A stretch of DNA of 64,000 nucleotides from an uncultured Chthoniobacteraceae bacterium (lineage in GTDB: Bacteria > Verrucomicrobiota > Verrucomicrobiia > Chthoniobacterales > CAKUMP01), in the NCBI GenBank assembly GCA_965365475.1, contig CBDUBV010000002.1, positions 51 through 64,050 of the forward strand, given 5' to 3'. The notes under the pieces were generated by a model. The model worked only from the letters and a program-made list of their open reading frames with translations, was not told where the DNA came from and did no database searches. The translations under genes were made by a program, and so were the position numbers. The number at the start of each line of letters is the position of its first letter. Position 1 is the first letter of the stretch. Shown here in pieces: positions 46,192-54,952 of this stretch.

Positions 46192-46754
46192 AACGCATCG
46201 GCCTATTTGGAGGCTCGTTCGACCCTGTCCATCACGGACATCTCATCATTGCGTGTCATGCTCTGGAGGAACTCGAGCTGGATGAAGTCCGCCTGCTACC
46301 TGCTGCCGCCTCGCCTTTTAAAAACAATCACGCGTATGCTCCAGCCCCGTTGCGATTGGCGATGCTGCAAGCAGCAGTGCAAGGCGAGCGAGGATTGATC
46401 GTCGATGATCGGGAGCTACACCGGTCGCCGCCTTCGTTCACGATCGATACCGTGGACGAGCTGCGGGGAGAATTTCCGGATGCCGAGTTCTTATACCTCA
46501 TCGGTGAAGACAATGTATGCGGGCTTCCCAACTGGCATCGCAGCACACGATTACAGGAGGAGGTGGAGTTCGTTGTTTTTCGCAGAGGCCCACAGGCAGC
46601 ACTCAATCACTCTTTGCGCATCATTACAAAGATGGTCGATATTTCCGCCACGGAAATACGGACCCGGATAGCACAAGGAAGCTCCATCCGATACCTCGTG
46701 CCGGAATGCGTGAGAGAGATTATTTTTAAGGAAAATGTGTATGGAGGAAAATAA
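46185..46754 (+). CDS. nadD: nicotinate-nucleotide adenylyltransferase
   Basis: IGLFGGSFDPVHHGHL and ISATEIR motifs. ATG 46185 chosen. Confidence 0.9.
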   Translation: MVKRIGLFGGSFDPVHHGHLIIACHALEELELDEVRLLPAAASPFKNNHAYAPAPLRLAMLQAAVQGERGLIVDDRELHRSPPSFTIDTVDELRGEFPDAEFLYLIGEDNVCGLPNWHRSTRLQEEVEFVVFRRGPQAALNHSLRIITKMVDISATEIRTRIAQGSSIRYLVPECVREIIFKENVYGGK

Positions 46755-46793
46755 ATGTTGTGCTTGTCAATTATGAGCAGTAAAGTGATCCGT

Positions 46794-47261
46794 ATGAAAC
46801 ATAGCAAAAAAACCCAACGAAGCCTCATCGTGCAGAGCTACCTTCCTGATGCCGCAGAAACATCGCGAATCATGGAAGGGTACGGCGACCGCCCAATGAG
46901 CGATGTGGTGGAGAGCGTGCGCGATGGTTTGCTATTTGCAGAGTTTGAGGCTCTGGCCGAGCTGCTGCAGATGCCCGAAGATGCGCTGGCTGCCGCGTTG
47001 AACATTCCGCGTGCGACACTGCACCGCCGCAAAAAAATGGGCCAGCTTGCCAAGGACGAGAGCGAACGCGTGGTGCGATTTGCACGCGTGTTTGGCGAGG
47101 CGGTAAATCTTTTCGGAACAGCGGAGGCAGCTCGCGAATGGCTGCGGGAGCCTGCCATTGCGTTTGGGGATCAGACTCCGCTTGCGTATATGGACACGGA
47201 GGTCGGTGCCCGGCGAGTGGAAGAATTGCTCGGCAAGATCGCCCACGGTGTATTCGCCTGA
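46794..47261 (+). CDS. Xre/MbcA/ParS-type antitoxin (DUF2384 toxin-binding domain)
   Basis: C-terminal ERVVRFARVFGEAVNLFG..EAAREWL..P..AFGDQTPLAYMDTEVGARRVEELLGKI. The start is ambiguous (ATGs at 46755, 46773, 46794). Confidence 0.8.
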   Translation: MKHSKKTQRSLIVQSYLPDAAETSRIMEGYGDRPMSDVVESVRDGLLFAEFEALAELLQMPEDALAAALNIPRATLHRRKKMGQLAKDESERVVRFARVFGEAVNLFGTAEAAREWLREPAIAFGDQTPLAYMDTEVGARRVEELLGKIAHGVFA

Positions 47262-47278
47262 GTTTGCGGATGTGACAC

Positions 47279-47746
47279 ATGCCAAGTCTGTCGTTATTTC
47301 GACTTGTCTCCATGGCGTACGCCACGACTGCTCTGAGCGGAGAGGGTGCCCGGCTCCATGGTGGAAGATGGAATCCGCCCGGACTGGCATGCGTGTATCT
47401 GGCGGAATCGCGGGCATTGGCGGCGTTGGAGTTGCTGGTTCATCTGACGCCTGGGACTCGCAATCTGCCGCTGACTCTGATCGAATGTTCTGTGGATGCC
47501 GACCTTTGCCGCACGGTCGCTATGTTGCCGCGTGGTTGGGATGCTTTGCCGGAATCTGCCGACGCGCGGCGCATGGGAAGTGAGTGGTTGAAAGCGCGCA
47601 CTTCATTACTTTTGAGAGTCCCTTCCGTCTTTATGCCCGAAGAGAGCAATTTGCTTTTTAATCCGTATCATCCGAAAGCTGGACAGCTCAGAATCGTGGG
47701 CTCGCGACCGTTTCGATTCGACCGAAGATTGGTGACATACCAATGA
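47279..47746 (+). CDS. RES-domain toxin (NAD+-targeting RES family)
   Basis: GARLHGGRWNPPG...YLAESRALAALELLVH...VPSVFMPEESNLLFNP contains the R-E-S signature residues in their usual context. Confidence 0.85.
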   Translation: MPSLSLFRLVSMAYATTALSGEGARLHGGRWNPPGLACVYLAESRALAALELLVHLTPGTRNLPLTLIECSVDADLCRTVAMLPRGWDALPESADARRMGSEWLKARTSLLLRVPSVFMPEESNLLFNPYHPKAGQLRIVGSRPFRFDRRLVTYQ

Positions 47747-49479
47747 AGATTCTGGGTATCGACGGGGGTGGCACAAAGACTGCGTGGTGTTTGTTTTCCA
47801 GCGCTGATGGCGCGCTGCGAGAGACAAGGAAGGGGATGTTGGGTGGAAGCAATATTCGCCTTTGCAGCGATGCCGAATTGATATTGTTGTTTCGGTCGAT
47901 GCCTGCCGATGCTGACCGGGTGGGGGTTTACCTCGCGGGCTGCGTGTCGGAGAAAGATCGGTCTCGATTGGAGAATTTGTCCCGCTTGGTCTGGCCGGGA
48001 GCAGGCCGTGTGGTCGGTAGCGATCGGGAATCCTCGATGGCTGCTGCTTTGGGCAGCCGGGAGGATGGAATCGTGGTGATTTGTGGGACGGGGTCTTCTG
48101 TTACCGGACGCAATGGCGAGCAAATTGAGCGAGTGGGCGGGTGGGGGCATCTACTGGGAGATCGCGGGGGCGGCTACAACCTCGCAGTGCGCGGATTGCG
48201 ATTGGTATTGCGCTCTTTTGATTTGGAACAACGCCTCACTAGCCTTGCACAAACTGTGCTGCGCGAATTGGCGCTGGAGAATCTGCCGGCATTGGTGAGT
48301 TGGGCTCAGGCTGCTGATAAAATGGAAATCGCAAGTCTGGCGCCGGTTTTTTTCCGTGCCGCAGAAGAAGGCGATGAACAGATGCGCGAGCTTCTTCGCG
48401 ACGGTGCGTGCGTGCTTGCGCAGTATGCTGCGAGCGTGGGCAGGCGACTCGGGCTTGCTGATCCCGCGATCCGGTTGATGGGTGGGATTTTTCGCAACCA
48501 GGCGATGTATCGGTTATATTTCCGTGAAGCGATTGAGAGGGAGCTGCCGCACGCGAGGATCGAGCTGGCGGTAAAACGCGCGGTGGAGGGTGCAGCGGTG
48601 CTTGCAATGGAAGCCAGGCCGGAATGCTGCAGCGAGATTGCAAGCGCAACTGCGACGGAGTTGTCGCACGCGATCACAGAACAACGCAATCCGCGATCGT
48701 TCGATTTGGACCGTCTCTCGGCGCGAGAATTTGTTGCGCTGTTTGTTCGGGAAGAACGCTACGTGCAGCAAGCCCTGGCTGAGGCCAGTCCGGCATTGAT
48801 CGAGGCGGTGACGCTGGTTGGAGATGCGATGGCTGATGGCGGACGGCTGTTCTATTTCGGAGCAGGCACCAGTGGCCGCCTGGGCGTGGTGGACGCGAGT
48901 GAGATTCCTCCGACTTTTCGTGCGGCACCGGAGCTAGTCCAAGGGGTGCTGGCGGGCGGCGACGAGGCCATGTTCCGCGCGGTGGAAGGTGTGGAAGATG
49001 ATCGGGATGCCGGAGCGCACGCTGTGCAAGCCCGAGGTGTCCGCGATGCGGATGTGGTGTGTGGAATCGCGGCGAGCGGGAGGACACCTTTTGTCCTGGG
49101 CGCTTTGGGGCAGGCTCGCGCAGTTGGCGCCCGCACGATTTTTCTTACGTGCAATCCCAACCGCGATACGGGCACTGCGGTTGCGGATGTGGAAATCGAT
49201 CTTGCGGTGGGTCCGGAACTGCTTACGGGGTCAACCCGGTTAAAATCCGGGACGGTGACCAAAGTTGTTTTAAACATGCTTTCCACGGGCGCGATGATTC
49301 GTTTGGGGAAAGTGCGCGGCAACATGATGATCGATGTTCATCCGACAAATGAAAAACTTCGCGACCGGGCCACGCGGATTGTGATGTCTCTCACGGGCAT
49401 GGGTTACGATGCAGCCGCTCAGCAACTCGAGCTTTGTAGTTGGAACGTGCGGGACGCTGTGGACCGCGTTAGGAAGTAA
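47743..49479 (+). CDS. fusion protein: BadF/BadG/BcrA/BcrD-type sugar kinase (GlcNAc/MurNAc kinase-like) + N-acetylmuramic acid 6-phosphate etherase MurQ
   Basis: The N-terminal part has MKILGIDGGGTKTAW...ICGTGS...GWGHLLGD.GGG. The C-terminal part has TEQRNPRS...FYFGAGTSGRLGVVDASEIPPTF...GIAASGRTPF (SIS/MurQ). The ATG overlaps the RES toxin stop (ATGA). Confidence 0.85.
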   Translation: MKILGIDGGGTKTAWCLFSSADGALRETRKGMLGGSNIRLCSDAELILLFRSMPADADRVGVYLAGCVSEKDRSRLENLSRLVWPGAGRVVGSDRESSMAAALGSREDGIVVICGTGSSVTGRNGEQIERVGGWGHLLGDRGGGYNLAVRGLRLVLRSFDLEQRLTSLAQTVLRELALENLPALVSWAQAADKMEIASLAPVFFRAAEEGDEQMRELLRDGACVLAQYAASVGRRLGLADPAIRLMGGIFRNQAMYRLYFREAIERELPHARIELAVKRAVEGAAVLAMEARPECCSEIASATATELSHAITEQRNPRSFDLDRLSAREFVALFVREERYVQQALAEASPALIEAVTLVGDAMADGGRLFYFGAGTSGRLGVVDASEIPPTFRAAPELVQGVLAGGDEAMFRAVEGVEDDRDAGAHAVQARGVRDADVVCGIAASGRTPFVLGALGQARAVGARTIFLTCNPNRDTGTAVADVEIDLAVGPELLTGSTRLKSGTVTKVVLNMLSTGAMIRLGKVRGNMMIDVHPTNEKLRDRATRIVMSLTGMGYDAAAQQLELCSWNVRDAVDRVRK

Positions 49480-51199
49480 GCTTGGAAGCGATAGCTGCAT
49501 CCAATGCTTTATCCATAAGCGCGGATGCCAGCTCTTGCGTGCCAGCGTCGAGTGCTTGGTTGGCTTTCAGAAGTCCGTGGAGATCGCCCTTTTCCATCGC
49601 GTCTTCCACCGCACAAGTTAGCGCTCGGACGCATGCGACAGTCTCCGGAGGCGGATTGAGTGATTGGATCGCCTTTTCCACAGCACGAAGCATCTCCTGA
49701 CTTTTCAATTTGGTTTCTTCGAACCTTCGCTGCGTCATATCGTCCAATGCAAACTCCACGGACTCTGCGATCATTTGTTCCACGCGCTCATCGCTGACAT
49801 CGACCGCGCTGCTGAGTTGCCGCTCCATTTGCTGTCCGGTGACAGTATCGCGGGCGAGCACATGAAGAATGCCATCGGCATCGATCTCGAATTGCACACC
49901 GACCCGCGCCTGACCTTTGGGTGCTGGTTGAAAAGGAATGTCGAAATCTCCGAGTGGCCAATTGTCTTTGGCTAGTTCGCGTTCACCTTGCAACACACGG
50001 ATACGCATCTCCTGCTGACCGCTGACTGCGTTGGTAAACAGCTCTCCTGCTTTTGTCGGGATGGTTGTGTTGCGGGGAATGATCACGTTCATCAAGCCGC
50101 CGAAAGTTTCGATTCCCAGCGAGAGAGGCGTGACATCGAGCAACACCACATCGCGTACCTGGCCAGAGAGGATGCCTCCCTGGATGACCGCCCCCATGGC
50201 AACCGCTTCGTCGGGATTGTGTGCGGTAAGCGGCTCGCGCTGGAAGAAGTCAGATACAAAGTCGCGCACGATCGGCATGCGGGTGGAACCGCCGACCAGA
50301 AGAATTTCATTCAGCGAATCGGCCTGAATACGGGCGTCCGCGAGAGCGCGGAGACAGCATGCACGGGTGCGTGCGATCCATGGTTGTGCGAGTCGATCGA
50401 GTTCGGCACGTGAGAGCACGGCGTGATGGTGACCATCGCGGGAGAACGGGATTTGTATCTCCGCAGTAAGCGACGTGGATAGTTTATGTTTTGCGACGAC
50501 TGCTGCTTCGCGGATGCGGGCCAGCAGGGTGGCATCAGGAGCATCGAGTTGCCACTTATTTAATAGCCACTCAACCAGTGCCTGGTCGATATCATCACCG
50601 CCAAGGCGGGTATCGCCGCCGGTGGCAAGCACATGAAAAATCCCATCGCGCCGCTCAAGAATGGTGATGTCGAAAGTCCCTCCACCCAAGTCATAGACGG
50701 CCACGCGTGCCTGGGCTTTGCATTTGTCGAGTCCGCATGCGAGCGCGGCAGCGGTGGGTTCGTTCAATATGCGCTCCACGGCAAAGCCTGCCGCCTCGCC
50801 CGCAGCTTTGGTTGCAGCACGCTGCGAGTCGTTAAAATATGCGGGCACGGTGATGACGGCGCGGTGAACGCCAGTCTCCAAAGCACTCTCCGCGATCGTT
50901 CGCAGATGCTTGAGTATGGCAGCGGAGACCGCAGTGGGCGCGACTGTATGAAGAATTGGCGGGGCGGATGGATCAAGCTCACGTCCCATCCAGCGTTTGA
51001 CCGAGCTAACGGTGCGTTCGGGATGCAATGCGGACAGGCGTTGCGCTTCGCGGCCGACGATGGGCTCGCCGTGCTCGGGAAAATGCACGACGGAGGGCGT
51101 GAGACGGTGGCCGTGCGCATCTGCCAGAAGGATCGGGAAACCTGAATCCATCACTCCGATCAGAGAATTTGTAGTGCCGAGATCGATGCCTGCAATCAT
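49469..51199 (-). CDS. hscA: Hsp70-family Fe-S cluster chaperone HscA
   Basis: GIDLGTTNS, DLGGGTFD, VGGSTRMP. Sits in iscA-hscB context. ATG 51199 chosen. Confidence 0.85.
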   Translation of the reverse strand: MIAGIDLGTTNSLIGVMDSGFPILLADAHGHRLTPSVVHFPEHGEPIVGREAQRLSALHPERTVSSVKRWMGRELDPSAPPILHTVAPTAVSAAILKHLRTIAESALETGVHRAVITVPAYFNDSQRAATKAAGEAAGFAVERILNEPTAAALACGLDKCKAQARVAVYDLGGGTFDITILERRDGIFHVLATGGDTRLGGDDIDQALVEWLLNKWQLDAPDATLLARIREAAVVAKHKLSTSLTAEIQIPFSRDGHHHAVLSRAELDRLAQPWIARTRACCLRALADARIQADSLNEILLVGGSTRMPIVRDFVSDFFQREPLTAHNPDEAVAMGAVIQGGILSGQVRDVVLLDVTPLSLGIETFGGLMNVIIPRNTTIPTKAGELFTNAVSGQQEMRIRVLQGERELAKDNWPLGDFDIPFQPAPKGQARVGVQFEIDADGILHVLARDTVTGQQMERQLSSAVDVSDERVEQMIAESVEFALDDMTQRRFEETKLKSQEMLRAVEKAIQSLNPPPETVACVRALTCAVEDAMEKGDLHGLLKANQALDAGTQELASALMDKALDAAIASKLTS

Positions 51200-51765
51200 G
51201 AGATGAGCAGTAAAAGTTTTTCCTGCACCTGCGATTTCCATTTTTGAAGATATGTGAACGCATCTGCCAATTGAGCCAGATCGGCCAAAGCGCACTGCCC
51301 GTTCACCCAGAGCTGATCAGCATGAATCAATGCCTGCTGCACCTGTTGCTCCATGTCTGCGAGCTGGCGCAGAATTTCCTGCAATTGGTCCTGCACGGTT
51401 AATGCCTCGTCCGCAATGAGTGCTTTGGCCAAAGCACCCGGAGCATTTTCTTTGCGGCGGATGACATCTGTGGCGTTGGACAGAGCTTGAGAGACTGAAG
51501 CGAACGCATCTGCCAGAGCATCGGGAACGGCATGTGTGGCTGCAATTTGCCCATCCGATTCCAGCGCGATCAAGGCCCGCAATCGCAGAGCTGGTTCGAG
51601 AAGCGTGGTGCGCGCATCGTTTAGGGCGGTGAAAAGTGCAACATCGCCTTGAGGGCCGTCGGGATGCGCGGCGGCAGCAAGATTCTGGAACGTAGTAGTG
51701 ACGGATTCCAGCGCAGGCAGTGGGCGTCGCTCCATGCCCAGCAAGGTGAAAGGGTCGCTCATCAC
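51196..51765 (-). CDS. hscB: J-type co-chaperone HscB-like
   Basis: DPFTLLGM...AAAHPDG contains the HPD tripeptide, followed by a helical C-terminal half. It lies between iscA and hscA with ATGA overlaps on both sides. Confidence 0.55.
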   Translation of the reverse strand: MMSDPFTLLGMERRPLPALESVTTTFQNLAAAAHPDGPQGDVALFTALNDARTTLLEPALRLRALIALESDGQIAATHAVPDALADAFASVSQALSNATDVIRRKENAPGALAKALIADEALTVQDQLQEILRQLADMEQQVQQALIHADQLWVNGQCALADLAQLADAFTYLQKWKSQVQEKLLLLIS

Positions 51766-52124
51766 GCTGCGAAGCTTTCGCCGCAGGAGCAGTGAGCGAC
51801 CGCATTGGGGTTGGTGACTTTAAAACCTCCGTGCTGGAGATCGTCGCTATACTCCAGCTCGGAGCCGCTTACAAACAGCGCACTTTTCGGATCGATCACC
51901 ACGCGCACGCCTGTGCTCTCCACCAGGATGTCGCGGTTGGCGGGACCATCGACGAGGTCCATTTTGTACTGGAGTCCTGAACACCCACCGCCGATGACGG
52001 CTATACGCAGTGACCCCTGCGGACGACCTTGCCGCGTGAGTAGAGAGATAAGCTTCTGTGCAGCCGCTTCGCGCACCTTGATAAGACGTTCGTTGCCCAG
52101 CCGGTAATTGATCTGCTCACTCAT
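51762..52124 (-). CDS. iron-sulfur cluster insertion protein (IscA/ErpA, HesB family)
   Basis: GGGCSGLQY and a C-terminal CSCGESF motif. Confidence 0.9.
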   Translation of the reverse strand: MSEQINYRLGNERLIKVREAAAQKLISLLTRQGRPQGSLRIAVIGGGCSGLQYKMDLVDGPANRDILVESTGVRVVIDPKSALFVSGSELEYSDDLQHGGFKVTNPNAVAHCSCGESFAA

Positions 52125-52136
52125 GTCGGGGAGAAG

Positions 52137-52943
52137 TTACGACTGCGGCGGTGGTGAATCAAGGCTGCGCTCGATATCCTCTGGTGTCGCTTGAAAGCGT
52201 GCGCCGCATCGCGGACACGTGACGAGAAGGTATTCGTCGGAGGCAAACATTTCATCCCGAACCAGCTTGCTCAATGACGCCAGGCTGCGTACGATTTTTG
52301 GCAGCGTGCATTCACATCCGAAGCGGACGGGACGGGTGACCATGTGTTGAAGCTCCTCATGTCGGTCGAGCTGCTCTACCTTGTCCGATGTGAGCGCGGC
52401 GATCCACGCGGCATCACAACCGGGCATGGCCACGACAAGAGCGATGTCCTCCGCGTCCTGGAGTCGGAAATAGCGTGCGGGAATCTGCTGGCTTTGCCGG
52501 TAAAACTCTTCCGCGACGGACAGGAAATCGGTGCTGTGAACAGGGACGACGCTTTGCCTGGCAGGTTCGTTGCCGCGCAAGGTCTGGGCAAAAAATAACG
52601 AGTCAGCCTGCTTCTTCACGTCTTCGGTGAAGACGCGCCCGGTCACCGTGCCGGTCCGATTGTTGGCCGTGGCGAAGAGATTGAGCAGAGGCTCTTGAAA
52701 CCCGACTGTCCACGCGCTGATCTCATCGGGCGGGCGTGACACCATATGCAACGTGATTGCAGCGAGCGCGTCTTTGAGCATGGCATCATGCTGCGGCGCG
52801 TTACGGATGCCATGCTGCATGAGGTGCAGATAGTAGTCGGTGTAAAGAGCTGTGAAATGACTTCGCACGCATAGTGCATCGCGTCCCCGCACGAAATGGC
52901 TTGAGACCATGAGCGGCTCATCATCTGGGCTGTGCGGCATCAC
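52137..52943 (-). CDS. Hsp33-like redox-regulated chaperone
   Basis: C-terminal zinc centre pattern FGCECTLPKIV...VTCPRCGARF (CxC...CxxC), plus central EEFYRQSQQIPARYF resembling the Hsp33 EDYF..SEQLP.R.F motif. Confidence 0.6.
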   Translation of the reverse strand: MMPHSPDDEPLMVSSHFVRGRDALCVRSHFTALYTDYYLHLMQHGIRNAPQHDAMLKDALAAITLHMVSRPPDEISAWTVGFQEPLLNLFATANNRTGTVTGRVFTEDVKKQADSLFFAQTLRGNEPARQSVVPVHSTDFLSVAEEFYRQSQQIPARYFRLQDAEDIALVVAMPGCDAAWIAALTSDKVEQLDRHEELQHMVTRPVRFGCECTLPKIVRSLASLSKLVRDEMFASDEYLLVTCPRCGARFQATPEDIERSLDSPPPQS

Positions 52944-54763
52944 GCGAGCAGCTCTTCCAGTTCGTCCACGCGGCGGTTGAATAATGCCAGCGCATCGCTG
53001 ATGGGCTGGGGACTTGTCATATCCACACCCGCCGTTTTCAAAGTGTCAAGTGGCTCTCGTGAGCCGCCTGATTTTAGAAATGCGAGGTAATCCTCCGTCT
53101 CTTTCTGACCGCCGGACAGCACTCTATGAGCGAGACTGATCGCGGCAGATATGCCGGTGGCGTATTTATAGACATAGAACGCCGAATAGAAATGCGGGAT
53201 CCGCAAGCACTCCAGTTCGAGCACTTCGTCTATGACGAAATCAGGCCCGAAGTAAGCATCCAGGAGCTTTCGGTATTCGCTGCGCAACGTGGAAAGGGTG
53301 GGGGACTCACCACTCTCTTCGATGTTGTGAATGATCGTCTCGAACTCTGCAAACATGGTTTGGCGAAAGAGCGTGCCGCGAATGTCATCGATCTGACGAT
53401 TGATGAGAAACGCGCGCATCGCGCGGTCGGTTGTGTTTTTTAAAAGATGATGCGTGAGCAATTCCTCATTGAACGTGGAGGCCACTTCCGCCGTGAAGAT
53501 GGGGTAATCGTAATCCTGAAATGTCTGGTGGTTTTGAGCAAACCATGAATGCATCGAGTGCCCCGCTTCGTGAGCCATCGTGTAAACATCGGAGAAAACA
53601 TCCGCTTTATAGTTCATCAGGATGTAAGGCGGATTGCCGTAACTGGATGAGGAGAAAGCTCCGCTGCGTTTGCCTTTGGTCTCGTAGCGATCGCACCAGC
53701 GACCGCGCAAACCCTGCTCAAGCATTGAGGTGTACTCCGTGCCGAGTGGCGCAAGCGACGCGATGATCTGGTCCACTGCCCGATCCCAAGACGTCACGGT
53801 CTGAGCTTCGGCAACGAGCGGGACATAGGTGTCGTAGTGGTGCAGCGTGTCCAAACCAAGCAGACGCTTGCGGAGATCCAGATAGCGATGAAGCGCAGGG
53901 AGATGATCTCGCACGGTTGAGACCAGATTGTTATAGACTGTCACCGGCACATTGTCGGGGAACAGTGCCGCCTCACGCGCAGACTGGTAGTTGCGAGCGC
54001 GTGCGCGGAAGACATCGGCCTTCACCGACCCTGCCAGCGATGCGGCGAGCGTATATTTGTGCTCCTCAAACTCGCGGTAGTATTGGTGGAAAGCATTCTT
54101 GCGAAGCTCACGGTTCTGCTTGTTGAGGAAGGAGGAGAATGATCCGTGTGTCAGCTCCACTTCATTTCCTTTCTCATCGCGGAGTGTGCCGAAGTGCATG
54201 TCCACATTGGTAAGCTGCGAAAAAATCTCCCGTGCTGCGCCGGTGGAAGCGGCACCCAGCGCGAGGAGTCGCTCTTCCTGCTGAGTGAGAGTATGCGGCT
54301 TGAAGCGGCGAATCTTCCGCAGTTTGGTCTTCCACTCGACCAGGGCCGGGTCCTGCATGAAGGCGTGAAAAGTATCGTCATCGATGGCCTGAATGCCCGG
54401 CGTGAAGAAGGACGTTAGATCGCCGATGCGAGTGAGCAAGTTCTGCAATCTGCCGATACGTTGTAGATTAGCGTCGTCCGACGAGTCCTCGCTCGCACGC
54501 AGGCTTGCGAAGTGGTAGAGCCGCTCGGTGAGCTGATCCAGCTCCTTGTCGAATTCCAGTAGATCGCGTAAAGCTTCCGCTGATTTTTGCATGGAGTCCT
54601 TGTAGTTGGCATATGCAGGATAGCGTTGCGTCAACTCCTGGAAGGCACTCTCCCATGCGGCGGCATCAGGAAAAAGCAGGGACAAATCCCATGTGTCTTC
54701 CACGGGAATTTCAGATCGGGAAGATGGCGAGGAAACTGGTGAAAGGGATGAATCCATAAACAA
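52940..54763 (-). CDS. pepF: oligoendopeptidase F (M3B)
   Basis: HEAGHSMH zinc motif, about 600 aa, M3 family pattern. Confidence 0.9.
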   Translation of the reverse strand: MFMDSSLSPVSSPSSRSEIPVEDTWDLSLLFPDAAAWESAFQELTQRYPAYANYKDSMQKSAEALRDLLEFDKELDQLTERLYHFASLRASEDSSDDANLQRIGRLQNLLTRIGDLTSFFTPGIQAIDDDTFHAFMQDPALVEWKTKLRKIRRFKPHTLTQQEERLLALGAASTGAAREIFSQLTNVDMHFGTLRDEKGNEVELTHGSFSSFLNKQNRELRKNAFHQYYREFEEHKYTLAASLAGSVKADVFRARARNYQSAREAALFPDNVPVTVYNNLVSTVRDHLPALHRYLDLRKRLLGLDTLHHYDTYVPLVAEAQTVTSWDRAVDQIIASLAPLGTEYTSMLEQGLRGRWCDRYETKGKRSGAFSSSSYGNPPYILMNYKADVFSDVYTMAHEAGHSMHSWFAQNHQTFQDYDYPIFTAEVASTFNEELLTHHLLKNTTDRAMRAFLINRQIDDIRGTLFRQTMFAEFETIIHNIEESGESPTLSTLRSEYRKLLDAYFGPDFVIDEVLELECLRIPHFYSAFYVYKYATGISAAISLAHRVLSGGQKETEDYLAFLKSGGSREPLDTLKTAGVDMTSPQPISDALALFNRRVDELEELLA

Positions 54764-54887
54764 ACCAACAAAAGCGTTAAAACGACCTAGTGCAATCGGA
54801 AAGAACCTGAGTAAAAGCGAAATTACTACCCTAACATAAGTAAATCTTATTTTAGATTGTATTGGCTACTATTTTAATTCTTAAAGT

Positions 54888-54903
54888 TGGCACGCTCATT
54901 GCT
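54888..54903 (+). promoter_or_regulatory. sigma-54 (RpoN) -24/-12 promoter
   Basis: TTGGCACGCTCATTGCTA. TGGCAC is at 54888-54893, a 5-nt spacer follows, and TTGC is at 54899-54902. This is a near-perfect match to YTGGCACG-N4-TTGCW, about 50 nt upstream of ATG 54953 in an AT-rich intergenic region. Confidence 0.7.
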
Positions 54904-54952
54904 ATTTACGTTTTTAAGAAGCTTGCTGCTTCCCAAACTTAAATACAATCAA

